Of a stretch of 32,000 nucleotides of DNA, positions 1 to 9,037 are shown one piece after another; positions within the stretch are counted from its first letter, which is position 1, and each line of letters begins with the position of its first letter. The stretch lies in the NCBI RefSeq assembly GCF_001465295.1, contig NZ_CP011034.1:1200001-1232000 (forward strand), given 5' to 3'. Source of the stretch: Pseudoalteromonas translucida KMM 520 (GTDB lineage Bacteria > Pseudomonadota > Gammaproteobacteria > Enterobacterales > Alteromonadaceae). A model generated the notes under the pieces. That model was not told the origin of the DNA. It saw nothing but the letters and a program-made list of their open reading frames with translations, and did not search any database. A program made the position numbers and the translations under genes.

Positions 1-112
1 GCTCAACAATAGGGTTACTTTCTACCCGAAAGCGAATAGCGGCAAACCCTAAAATTAGGCCAAAAACTAATGCCAGTGAGCCTAGTGCTATTAATGCATA
101 AAACAAGGTCAT
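1..112 (-). CDS. rnfB: RnfB/RsxB electron transport complex subunit B, N-terminal fragment (continues beyond window start)
   Basis: Minus-strand ATG at 112..110, one nt after the rnfA stop. It translates to [37 protein letters not shown], which resembles the RnfB/RsxB N-terminal membrane anchor. Its position after rnfA fits the rnfABCDGE order. Confidence 0.75.
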   Translation of the reverse strand, partial: MTLFYALIALGSLALVFGLILGFAAIRFRVESNPIVE

Positions 113-113
113 A

Positions 114-695
114 TTAAAACTTCACTAATCCGGTAAATCCCATAAATGCCATCGACATCAAGCCTGCGGTAATTAAGGCAATAGAGGCACCTTTAAAGGG
201 GGTAGGAACATCGGCCGCTGCAAGGCGCTCTCGCAGGGCAGCAAACAATACAAGTACTAAAGAAAAGCCAACTGCGGCACCAAAACCGTAAACCGCCGAC
301 TGTAAAAAGGAGTGATCTTCTTTGATATTAAGTAATGCAACGCCTAATACAGCACAGTTTGTGGTTATAAGGGGTAAAAATATACCCAGCAAGCGATATA
401 AAGTAGGGCTTGTTTTACGTACTACCATTTCAGTAAATTGTACTACCACGGCAATGACTAAAATAAAGCTCATGGTGCGTAAATAGGTAATATCCAGCGG
501 TATTAAAATATATTGGTTAACTAAATAGCTGGTTACAGAGGCAAGGGTAAGCACAAAAGTGGTAGCCAAAGACATACCTATAGCCGTGTCAAGTTTACTC
601 GACACCCCCATAAATGGGCACAAGCCTAAAAATTGTACTAATACAAAGTTATTAACCAGAACAGTGCCAATCAATAACAATACATATTCTGTCAT
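114..695 (-). CDS. rnfA: RnfA/RsxA electron transport complex subunit A
   Basis: 193-aa polytopic membrane ORF. The N-terminus [32 protein letters not shown] is the highly conserved RnfA/RsxA signature. Confidence 0.95.
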   Translation of the reverse strand: MTEYVLLLIGTVLVNNFVLVQFLGLCPFMGVSSKLDTAIGMSLATTFVLTLASVTSYLVNQYILIPLDITYLRTMSFILVIAVVVQFTEMVVRKTSPTLYRLLGIFLPLITTNCAVLGVALLNIKEDHSFLQSAVYGFGAAVGFSLVLVLFAALRERLAAADVPTPFKGASIALITAGLMSMAFMGFTGLVKF

Positions 696-901
696 GTGTG
701 CCTCGCGCTATTAAAATCCAATGCATTATCCATTTTTCTGCCGAGATAAACAACATGTGGAGTAGTTATCAGTCAAATAAATAGGGTAAAATAATTAACG
801 CATAATGAAGATGTAAAATTACTGTAATTTGTTTGTAGAGTTTACTTAACGTTATGGTTTTAGTATGGGTTTAAAGTACTAAGCAGTACTGAAAATAAAG
901 C

Positions 902-927
902 AAAAAAGAGCAACAAGTGCTCTTTTT
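902..927 (-). terminator. Rho-independent terminator downstream of the GGDEF-EAL gene
   Basis: Hairpin GAGCA(908-912)/TGCTC(918-922), extendable through flanking A and T runs. On the minus strand the stem is followed by a T-run. Confidence 0.55.
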
Positions 928-969
928 ATTAATTAAATAACCTAAACTTTGGTTAAATACGCCCTTAGA

Positions 970-2913
970 TCAAATGTCTTTAGGTTTTTCTATGTAATAA
1001 CCTTGTACACCATCTAAGCACAGGGTTTCTATAATGTGCTTTTCTTCTTGGCTTTCGACCCCTTCAGCAAAAACACTCACACCAATTCTGTGTGCTAAGT
1101 CGACCATTAAGCGCATAAAATATTGATTGTTTTTATCATCTTCTAAGCCGCGGGTATAACTGGCATCCATTTTAATAAAGTCTGGTTTTAAATCGCGGAA
1201 AAACTTAAACGACGTTAAGCCAACACCAAAGCGTTCAACTGTTATGCGAGCACCAACACGATGAATCATGTCAATAAAGCGTTTACTTGCTTTAATATTT
1301 TGCTGTAGTCCAAACTCGCTTACTTCAAAAACAAGTTTTGATGCAATATGGGTGTCTTTTAATAATCGGCGTTCTAACCAAATTACAAACTGGTCGTTGT
1401 GCGCACTTGAAGGCGTAACATTTAAACCAAAAAACTTTTCTGAAAGGTTTCGACTTTTTATTTTTTCAAGTGAAGAGTCAATAATTAGCCTGTCGATTTC
1501 TATAGCCATATCAAGTTTTTCGGCCATGGCTAAAAATGATGCTGTAGGCAGCATTTGATTATCTTCGGTTTTAAATCGCACCTGAATCTCAGCATACGCT
1601 TTAATATTTTTGCCCAAAGGCATAATATTTTGCATTACTAAATGCACACGCTTTGCTTCAATTACTTCATTTATAACTTTGCGCCAATTTTGATTACCAA
1701 ATCCAGCACTTACATTATTAATTAAATCGCTTTCGCGCTGTACATGCCAAGCGTTAGCATGTTTTGATTGCGCCATACTCATGGCGTTATCTACTATCGA
1801 GAGCAATTCGCCAAGTGGTTTTGCTTTTTCGTAAGCAACAATACCAGTATTAGCTACTGAGCTAAGCTCTTGGGTTTGTTGATACTGAGTAAAGCGAGAT
1901 TGTAAGTTTTCACCAAAACGTTCGGCTTCTTTTAGCGGTATATTAGGTAATATAGCTACAAAATCAGAGCTGTTAAGTCTAAATACTTGGCTACCAGTAT
2001 AGGTGCCGCTAATGTGCTTAATAATATCAGCCACACCTTTAATGTATTCATCACCTTTTTGATAACCGCGGGTTTGGTTAATCGATTGCAGTTCACTACA
2101 TCTAATTAAAGCGAGTGTACCAAAAGTGCTTTTTTCGCTGTTTTCTATATTTTTTTCATAATACTCAACAAACATATTCCGATTGCCTAAATCGGTTACG
2201 CCGTCTTTATAGGCTTGATGTTTTATTGTGAGTGCTGCGTTTTGAAGATCTTCATTTTTACTTTTCAAAAAGTGCGATAAACGATTAAAGCTAGGAACTA
2301 AGCTTTTTCCTTGGCTTTTAAGTCGGCTTGTATCAAGGCTTACTTCTAGGTCATGATCTAGCTGGTTTTGATTTATATAAACATCAATAACATCAGCCAC
2401 GGTCATACTAATATTTTTATTTACTCTATGAGAGAGAGTCTTCATTAACACAATAGGAATAATGACTAAAAAAGTACTAATAAGCACAATAATAAAAAAC
2501 GCGCTTTGTAATAAGTGTGCAAAGCGTTGCACATTAAGTGTAAATTCTACTTTTAAATCAGTATTACTACCGCCTACAAACTGTGGACGTACCGAGTTAA
2601 AATTTGTTTGTACAAATTCGGCAATAAAAGGCAGTGCAGGGGAGTGAGTTACTTTAAATACTTCAGCTCCTTGATTGTCTCTAAGGATGAAGTTTGCAAA
2701 AGTATCGTTATTAGTAATAGCGCGTTTAAAATTGTTTGTTGATATATCAGATAAAGTTAAACCATCTATATAATTTTGAACTGTAGCTTGTGCATTCTTT
2801 TGCGCTTCGTTAACTGTGTAATTAAAGCTAATAGCTATAAAATAACTACCAACGGCAACACATGCTAACCAAGAGAGTGTTTGTATTAATATGAGTTTTT
2901 TAAAGCCTGCCAT
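970..2913 (-). CDS. Inner-membrane dual GGDEF-EAL domain protein with degenerate GGDEF; LapD-like architecture, possible c-di-GMP receptor
   Basis: 647 aa with two TM segments flanking a periplasmic domain of about 105 aa. The GGDEF-domain entry motif DLGNRNMF is present, but the signature reads NSSDF instead of GGDEF. The EAL domain has EIQVR for EALxR, FEVSE, ERFGVG for DDFGTG, and AEGVES, QG. Confidence 0.85.
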   Translation of the reverse strand: MAGFKKLILIQTLSWLACVAVGSYFIAISFNYTVNEAQKNAQATVQNYIDGLTLSDISTNNFKRAITNNDTFANFILRDNQGAEVFKVTHSPALPFIAEFVQTNFNSVRPQFVGGSNTDLKVEFTLNVQRFAHLLQSAFFIIVLISTFLVIIPIVLMKTLSHRVNKNISMTVADVIDVYINQNQLDHDLEVSLDTSRLKSQGKSLVPSFNRLSHFLKSKNEDLQNAALTIKHQAYKDGVTDLGNRNMFVEYYEKNIENSEKSTFGTLALIRCSELQSINQTRGYQKGDEYIKGVADIIKHISGTYTGSQVFRLNSSDFVAILPNIPLKEAERFGENLQSRFTQYQQTQELSSVANTGIVAYEKAKPLGELLSIVDNAMSMAQSKHANAWHVQRESDLINNVSAGFGNQNWRKVINEVIEAKRVHLVMQNIMPLGKNIKAYAEIQVRFKTEDNQMLPTASFLAMAEKLDMAIEIDRLIIDSSLEKIKSRNLSEKFFGLNVTPSSAHNDQFVIWLERRLLKDTHIASKLVFEVSEFGLQQNIKASKRFIDMIHRVGARITVERFGVGLTSFKFFRDLKPDFIKMDASYTRGLEDDKNNQYFMRLMVDLAHRIGVSVFAEGVESQEEKHIIETLCLDGVQGYYIEKPKDI

Positions 2914-3063
2914 TTTTTCAATCTTTTAATTGTCAGAAAGGGAAGGAATCAAATCCTTGATTTATAAACTAATCGTAACACGAAAATTGAGTGAATATAC
3001 TATAGTTATTAATCAGAAAGGGTAGTAGATATTGAGAGGAATGTCTATGGAATTATTAGCTAT

Positions 3064-3140
3064 TGGCTCCCCCTCCCCGACTCGAACGGGGGACCTGCGG
3101 ATTAACAGTCCGTCGCTCTAACCAACTGAGCTAAGGGGGA
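3064..3140 (-). tRNA. tRNA-Asn (anticodon GUU), copy 1 of 4
   Basis: Minus-strand 77-mer TCCCCCTTAGCTCAGTTGGTTAGAGCGACGGACTGTTAATCCGCAGGTCCCCCGTTCGAGTCGGGGAGGGGGAGCCA. It has a 7-bp acceptor stem, anticodon loop CTGTTAA, T-arm CCCCG/TTCGAGT/CGGGG and an encoded CCA. Confidence 0.95.
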
Positions 3141-3165
3141 ACTAAAGTAGTGCTATTTTATGATT

Positions 3166-3242
3166 TGGCTCCCCCTCCCCGACTCGAACGGGGGACCTGC
3201 GGATTAACAGTCCGTCGCTCTAACCAACTGAGCTAAGGGGGA
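3166..3242 (-). tRNA. tRNA-Asn (anticodon GUU), copy 2 of 4
   Basis: Identical 77-nt sequence to copy 1. Confidence 0.95.
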
Positions 3243-3264
3243 ACTACTATCATAAACATAAACT

Positions 3265-3341
3265 TGGCTCCCCCTCCCCGACTCGAACGGGGGACCTGCG
3301 GATTAACAGTCCGTCGCTCTAACCAACTGAGCTAAGGGGGA
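3265..3341 (-). tRNA. tRNA-Asn (anticodon GUU), copy 3 of 4
   Basis: Identical 77-nt sequence to copy 1. Confidence 0.95.
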
Positions 3342-3362
3342 ATCGTTTATGGTTGAAAAACT

Positions 3363-3439
3363 TGGCTCCCCCTCCCCGACTCGAACGGGGGACCTGCGGA
3401 TTAACAGTCCGTCGCTCTAACCAACTGAGCTAAGGGGGA
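3363..3439 (-). tRNA. tRNA-Asn (anticodon GUU), copy 4 of 4 (promoter-proximal)
   Basis: Identical 77-nt sequence to copy 1. Confidence 0.95.
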
Positions 3440-3465
3440 AGCGTCTTGCCTTTCAACGGGGCGAA

Positions 3466-3494
3466 ATATTAATGATCCAGCCGCAAAGTGTCAA
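3466..3494 (-). promoter_or_regulatory. Sigma70 promoter of the tRNA-Asn array
   Basis: Minus strand reads TTGACA (3494-3489), a 17-nt spacer, TAATAT (3471-3466), then a GC-rich discriminator TTCGCCCC typical of stringently controlled stable-RNA promoters. It lies about 25-30 nt upstream of the first tRNA. Confidence 0.7.
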
Positions 3495-3995
3495 CACATA
3501 AAAGATCATAAATACAAAAAAGAACTCTATTCGTTGTTTTTGTGTTCGATCTGCACGTTTTATAGCACAAATGCCAAAATTAAAGCGCGTCATTTTTATG
3601 AAAAAGCACTTTTGTTTTTTTAAATTATTAAATTAAAGGGCGTATTTACTTAATTTAAAATACAAAAAACAGCCATTACACCTAAAAATAGTGCTCAATA
3701 TTACAAAAACATTACCGTAAAGTACTTACACAGGCAGTGTGGTTTTTAAAATTTAACGCTTAAAAACGATTTAATACTAAAATTTAATAAAAGAAACGAA
3801 TATGGAAAAAATTAAAAACATCTTTATTTAATTACGTATTAGTTAATAATTAGCCAACCGCAAAGGTTTGTACAAAAACAATACAATCAATAGCTTAAAT
3901 AATATTATTTACACCTTCAGATTACTCAATAAGGTGGTGATTCCAGCTAACAGCAAGCTTTACATTAAAGCCCAAGAAAGTTTTCAAATTGGTAA

Positions 3996-4091
3996 CGTGG
4001 ATAAGTTTAATACGGGATTTTATTTGATCCCTTGTAACCCCTTTATAAATGCGGCTTTGAATGAGTTATCCACGGTTTCTGTGGATAACTC
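3996..4091. promoter_or_regulatory. Cluster of three DnaA-box matches, two of them head-to-head inside a perfect 11-bp inverted repeat
   Basis: CGTGGATAA at 3996-4004 (minus-strand TTATCCACG), TTATCCACG at 4066-4074, and TGTGGATAA at 4080-4088 (minus-strand TTATCCACA, 9/9 to consensus). The inverted repeat is GAGTTATCCAC(4063-4073)-N7-GTGGATAACTC(4081-4091). Confidence 0.55.
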
Positions 4092-4490
4092 TGTTTATTA
4101 AACTTTATGAACTTCAGTACCCCCAGTATTTTAGGGGGCTCCAACGATTTCAAGTCTTTAAAAATGTTTTTTTAAATCATTAAAAAACAGTGCGTTACGA
4201 ATTGATGCTGAAAGCGGCTCTAACGATAAGTAAAACTTTTCGTGACGATAAAGTAAAAAAATATGTTGTGTGATAATGCACCATTTATGAAGCATTAAAT
4301 GTTATAAAAGTAATTTAAATGATCTATATTTGTTTTTTGGCGCTCTCAAGGTGAATTTATACGCTAAGGCTTAAAAATCAAGCTTTACTCCTTGGTTGGG
4401 TATTTAGTCCTCTATACTCAATAAAGCATGGCTTGAATTGCCCAGATGCTTTAAAATGTTTAGCTCAGTAAAAAGAGGCCAACTTATTCT

Positions 4491-5867
4491 ATGCGCGTAA
4501 TTTCAGAAAAACATACTCGCCCTGATTTACTCAATGATCCTATCTCGCCAACACTAAAAAAAATGACCATTCCAATGATATTTGGTTTGGTGTCCTTGAT
4601 GATGTTTAACATTGTTGATACGTTTTTTATTAGCTTATTAGGAACAGAGCCATTAGCAGCTGTGAGCTTTACATTCCCAGTTACTTTTATGGTAATAAGC
4701 TTAGCCATTGGCTTGGGCATAGGCACTTCTGCGGTTATTGCAAAAGCCTTGGGCAGCCACAAAGTAAATGAAGCACGTTTTGATGCCAGTGTTTCTTTAT
4801 TGGTTGCAGTGGTTTTGGTACTTATATTATCTTTTTTTGGTTATGTGTTTATTGACCCCATATTTACTTTATTAGGGGCCGGTGAAAACGTATTACCGCT
4901 AATACACCAGTATATGAATATATGGTTTTTAGGCAGCGTGTGTTTAATAACACCCATGATTGGCAACTCGGTATTACGTGCCAGCGGCGACACCAAAACC
5001 CCTAGCTTAGTTATGGGGGGGGCAGGGCTAATAAATGCTATTTGCGATCCCATACTTATTTTTGGCTTTGGACCTATTCCGGCATTAGGTATTGAAGGCG
5101 CGGCTATTTCTAGTGTTATTGCCTGGTCGGTAGCGGTAGTTGTTATTTTATATATATTACTAAAAAAACGTTTATTGAGCTTAAAAGCAGGTAAACAAAC
5201 GGTTATTGGCGCTATTAGTAAAATATTAAAAATTGGTTTGCCTGCGGCTGGGGCAAATATGCTTACGCCAGTTGCAATGGCAGTAATGACCGCATTGGTG
5301 GCTCATCATGGACCCGAAGCGGTTGCTGCATTTGGAGTAGGGAGCAAAATAGAATCTATTGCCAGCTTGTTAGTATTGGCGCTGTCGATGACATTACCGC
5401 CATTTATAAGCCAAAATTTTGGTGCCAGTAAATTATCAAGAGTGAAAGACGCTTACATTGGTACATTAAAATTTGTAATGGTTTGGCAGTTTATTATTTA
5501 TATATTACTAATTGCTAGTGCAGGCGTGTTAAGCCAGTTATTTGGTAAAGAACAAGCCGTTATTGATGTTATAAAACTATTTATTTACACCATCCCATTA
5601 AGTTACGGCTTTCAAGGGGTGATCATATTATCAAACTCATCGTTTAATGCTTTGCATAAACCGATGAATGCGTTGTTTTTAAGTATTATTCGCTTATTTA
5701 TTTTTTATTTACCCTTTGCGTATATAGGCAACGAACTTGCTGGCTTATTGGGGTTATTTATTGGCGCTGCTGTGGGTAACTTATTTACCGCTTTGGTGGC
5801 CTATAAATGGTTTATGAAAGAGCTTGAAACATTAAGTAACCAATCGTTACAGGAGTGCAGTCATTGA
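4491..5867 (+). CDS. MATE family multidrug/efflux transporter
   Basis: 458-aa protein with about 12 TM segments. The N-terminal region [43 protein letters not shown] is typical of the MATE (NorM/DinF-like) family. Its stop overlaps the uvrB start region. Confidence 0.85.
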   Translation: MRVISEKHTRPDLLNDPISPTLKKMTIPMIFGLVSLMMFNIVDTFFISLLGTEPLAAVSFTFPVTFMVISLAIGLGIGTSAVIAKALGSHKVNEARFDASVSLLVAVVLVLILSFFGYVFIDPIFTLLGAGENVLPLIHQYMNIWFLGSVCLITPMIGNSVLRASGDTKTPSLVMGGAGLINAICDPILIFGFGPIPALGIEGAAISSVIAWSVAVVVILYILLKKRLLSLKAGKQTVIGAISKILKIGLPAAGANMLTPVAMAVMTALVAHHGPEAVAAFGVGSKIESIASLLVLALSMTLPPFISQNFGASKLSRVKDAYIGTLKFVMVWQFIIYILLIASAGVLSQLFGKEQAVIDVIKLFIYTIPLSYGFQGVIILSNSSFNALHKPMNALFLSIIRLFIFYLPFAYIGNELAGLLGLFIGAAVGNLFTALVAYKWFMKELETLSNQSLQECSH

Positions 5868-7858
5868 GCGATCATTTTCAACTAAAGTCACACTTTAAGC
5901 CTGCGGGAGATCAGCCCACCGCGATTGCGCAGTTATGCGAAGGGCTTGAAGCCGGGCTTGCTCATCAAACCTTGCTAGGTGCTACCGGCACAGGTAAAAC
6001 CTTTACCATGGCTAACATTATTAACGACTTAAACCGTCCAACCATAATAATGGCACATAACAAAACCTTAGCTGCGCAACTTTATGGGGAAATGAAAGAG
6101 TTTTTTCCTAAAAACGCAGTTGAATATTTTGTTTCTTATTACGATTATTACCAACCAGAAGCCTATGTGGTTTCTAGTGATACGTTTATAGAAAAAGACG
6201 CATCCATTAACGAGCACATTGAGCAAATGCGTTTAAGTGCTACAAAGGCACTGCTAGAGCGCCGCGATACTATTATTGTAGCCTCAGTGTCGGCCATTTA
6301 TGGTTTGGGCGATCCAAAATCATACATGAAAATGATGCTACTTTTAAAAGTGGGCGAAAAAGTGGATCAGCGCGACATGCTACGCCGCTTAGCCGAAATA
6401 CAATATACCCGTAACGATGTAGACTTTAGCCGCGGCACGTACCGAGTACGTGGCGAAGTGGTTGATATATTTCCTGCAGAATCGAGCACATTTGCAATAC
6501 GTGTAGAAATGTTTGATGACGAAATAGAACGCTTAAGTATTTTTGACCCCCTTACCGGCGCAATTGAAAAACACATAGTGCGCACCACTATTTACCCTAA
6601 AACACACTATGTAACCCCGCGTGAAAAAATTCTTGGGGCTATCGATAAAATACAAGAAGAGTTAAAAGATCGCCGAGCGCAGCTATTAAGTGCTAACAAA
6701 TTAGTAGAAGAGCAACGCGTAACACAGCGTACGCAGTACGACATTGAAATGATGCGCGAGCTCGGTTATTGCTCGGGTATAGAAAACTACAGCCGTTACT
6801 TATCGGGGCGTACACCGGGCGATCCGCCGCCAACCTTACTTGATTACTTACCCGACGATGCATTAATGATTATTGATGAATCGCATGTAACAGTGTCGCA
6901 AATTGGCGCTATGTACAAAGGCGACAGAAGCCGTAAAGAAAACCTGGTTGAATATGGTTTTAGAATGCCATCGGCCATGGATAACCGCCCACTGCGCTTT
7001 GAAGAATTTGAAGCTATTTCGCCACAAACAATTTATGTATCGGCAACCCCGGGCGACTTTGAATTAGATCGCTGCGCGGGCGCAATTGCAGAGCAAGTAA
7101 TTCGCCCAACAGGACTGCTTGATCCACTTATTGAAGTGCGCCCAGTGGGGGACCAGGTTGATGACCTACTATCAGAAATTTATAAAAGTGTTGAGAAAGG
7201 TGAACGCGTACTGGTGACCACGCTAACCAAGCGTATGTCGGAGGATTTAACCGACTACTTAAGTGAGCACAATGTAAAAGTGCGCTACCTTCACTCAGAC
7301 ATAGACACCGTAGAGCGAGTCGAAATTATTCGCGATTTACGCGCTGGAGTGTTTGATGTGTTAGTAGGTATTAACTTACTACGTGAAGGCCTCGATATGC
7401 CTGAGGTAGCACTGGTAGCAATACTTGATGCCGATAAAGAAGGCTTTTTACGCTCAGCGCGTTCAATCATTCAAACCGTAGGCCGCGCCGCACGTCATTT
7501 AGAAGGGCGCGCAATTTTATACGGTGACCGAATTACAAAATCGATGGCTAAGGCGATGGACGAAACCGCACGTAGGCGCGAAATTCAGCATGCTTATAAT
7601 ATTGAACACGGTATTGAACCACATTCGTTAGCCAAAAAGATTCTAGATTCGATGGACGTAGGTGAAGATGCAGGGCCAAAAGATAACCTTAGACTCATTC
7701 GTAAAGAGTCTAAAAAAGTACTTAGTGCTAAAGAAATCACAGTGCAAATTAAGCAACTCGACAGTAAAATGCACGCTTACGCCAGTGATTTAGAATTTGA
7801 AAAAGCAGCCTCAGTGCGTGATGAAATACACGAACTCCAACAACAGTTGATAAATTAA
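5855..7858 (+). CDS. uvrB: Excinuclease ABC subunit B (UvrB)
   Basis: Sequence [21 protein letters not shown], Walker A GATGTGKT, the [10 protein letters not shown] beta-hairpin region, helicase motifs and the C-terminal UVR motif [12 protein letters not shown]. The start is GTG at 5855, or alternatively TTG at 5864. Confidence 0.97.
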   Translation: MQSLSDHFQLKSHFKPAGDQPTAIAQLCEGLEAGLAHQTLLGATGTGKTFTMANIINDLNRPTIIMAHNKTLAAQLYGEMKEFFPKNAVEYFVSYYDYYQPEAYVVSSDTFIEKDASINEHIEQMRLSATKALLERRDTIIVASVSAIYGLGDPKSYMKMMLLLKVGEKVDQRDMLRRLAEIQYTRNDVDFSRGTYRVRGEVVDIFPAESSTFAIRVEMFDDEIERLSIFDPLTGAIEKHIVRTTIYPKTHYVTPREKILGAIDKIQEELKDRRAQLLSANKLVEEQRVTQRTQYDIEMMRELGYCSGIENYSRYLSGRTPGDPPPTLLDYLPDDALMIIDESHVTVSQIGAMYKGDRSRKENLVEYGFRMPSAMDNRPLRFEEFEAISPQTIYVSATPGDFELDRCAGAIAEQVIRPTGLLDPLIEVRPVGDQVDDLLSEIYKSVEKGERVLVTTLTKRMSEDLTDYLSEHNVKVRYLHSDIDTVERVEIIRDLRAGVFDVLVGINLLREGLDMPEVALVAILDADKEGFLRSARSIIQTVGRAARHLEGRAILYGDRITKSMAKAMDETARRREIQHAYNIEHGIEPHSLAKKILDSMDVGEDAGPKDNLRLIRKESKKVLSAKEITVQIKQLDSKMHAYASDLEFEKAASVRDEIHELQQQLIN

Positions 7859-7860
7859 CT

Positions 7861-8799
7861 ATGACCCCTAATTTTACTCCACTTATTGACGCATTAGCCG
7901 ATGCCCCTTTATTAAAAAACGAGCTGTGCCGCGTGTTTCATGGCCGCGGCCATAGCGTAGAAGCGCTGAGCCATATTAACTTAGACTTTTACCCACCTAG
8001 TTTGTTTTTAGTGTCTTATGATGAAATAGATGAGCCAACGCTGGGCGAACTAACCAGTGTGCTGTGGCAATGGGCGCAGCAGCATCACCCTGAGCTTATT
8101 ACTGCTTTTGTGTATCAGCAGCGCGCGGGTGTACAAAGCCAAAACACTCTGGTTTATGGGCAATTGCCTAGCCAGCATGTGGTAAAAGAAAACGGTATTG
8201 GCTTTTTAGTTGATTTAACCAGCCGCCAAAATACTGGAATATTTCCTGATATGCGCAGCGGCCGTGAGTTTGTGCAAGCAAACAGTAAACAGGCAAAAGT
8301 ACTTAACTTATTTTCGTATACTTGTGGGTTTTCGCTGGCGGCAATGCAAGGCGGAGCCGATCATGTAATGAACATGGATATGAGCAAAGGCGTGCTTAGG
8401 GTGGGTAAACAAAATCATCAGCTCAATGGCTTTGATAAAGGGGTGAGCTTTTTACCGCATGATATTTTAAAGTCGTTTGGTAAATTAAAAAAAGCAGCAC
8501 CGTTTGATCTCATTATTGTTGATCCGCCAAGCTTTCAAAAAGGCAGCTTTATTTTAACGAAAGACTATCAAAAAGTGCTGCGCAGGTTACCTGAGCTATT
8601 AAGCGATACAACGCAGCTATTACTTTGCGCTAACAGCCCAGAGCTTAGTGAAGAGGCTTTTAAAGCCTTAATTACAGAGCACACAGAGGGCGCAATTGAG
8701 TTTGTTGAGCGTTTAGCTGCTACAGAGCGTTTTATTGAAGTAGACCGTGACAGAAGCTTAAAAGCGCTTGTTTATAAAACGTCGCAAACAGTAGCCTAA
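7861..8799 (+). CDS. Class I SAM-dependent methyltransferase, RlmI/RlmK-like catalytic domain
   Basis: 312 aa with motif I VLNLFSYTCGFSLAA and motif IV DLIIVDPPSF, as in the RlmI-type (PF10672-like) family. It starts 3 nt after the uvrB stop. Confidence 0.75.
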   Translation: MTPNFTPLIDALADAPLLKNELCRVFHGRGHSVEALSHINLDFYPPSLFLVSYDEIDEPTLGELTSVLWQWAQQHHPELITAFVYQQRAGVQSQNTLVYGQLPSQHVVKENGIGFLVDLTSRQNTGIFPDMRSGREFVQANSKQAKVLNLFSYTCGFSLAAMQGGADHVMNMDMSKGVLRVGKQNHQLNGFDKGVSFLPHDILKSFGKLKKAAPFDLIIVDPPSFQKGSFILTKDYQKVLRRLPELLSDTTQLLLCANSPELSEEAFKALITEHTEGAIEFVERLAATERFIEVDRDRSLKALVYKTSQTVA

Positions 8800-8832
8800 T
8801 TTAGTTAATAGTTACCAGTAAAAAATAAGCCG

Positions 8833-8866
8833 TGGCGCAATGTTTATAATACATGCGCCATTTTTA
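8833..8866 (+). terminator. Rho-independent terminator after the MATE-uvrB-methyltransferase unit
   Basis: Stem TGGCGCA(8833-8839)/TGCGCCA(8854-8860) followed by TTTTT. Confidence 0.65.
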
Positions 8867-9037
8867 TTACTAACGCGTTATTTACCTAAAGCAGGCATTC
8901 CTGCACCCGATCATCACATACGCAGAGCTTAATTAATTAAATATTAGCCACTTAGAATTGCACATAAATGTGATCTAATATCATCGTTAATAACGTAAAT
9001 AGCTACAGACAATACATTGCCATGTGCGAACTAATTT

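Noticed and set aside
3064-3439. Regularly spaced identical repeats of 77 bp with short unique spacers, superficially CRISPR-like.
   Set aside because: Each repeat folds as a complete tRNA-Asn cloverleaf with an encoded CCA. The repeat is far longer than the spacers, and no cas genes are present.
3868-4101. 77-aa track ORF in the large intergenic gap.
   Set aside because: It has a TTG start, no Shine-Dalgarno and an Asn/Ile/Lys-rich composition expected from AT-rich non-coding DNA. Its 3-prime end is the DnaA-box inverted repeat.
3441-4490. Possibility that the DnaA boxes mark a replication origin (oriC).
   Set aside because: There are only three boxes and I saw no AT-rich 13-mer-type unwinding repeats. 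Only five GATC sites are spread over about 1 kb, so there is no clustering. The mnmG/mioC/dnaA-type origin neighbours are absent.
4100-5870. Search for a LexA SOS box (CTG-N10-CAG) upstream of the MATE gene or uvrB.
   Set aside because: I found no CTG-N10-CAG match by eye. An SOS box cannot be supported from this sequence.
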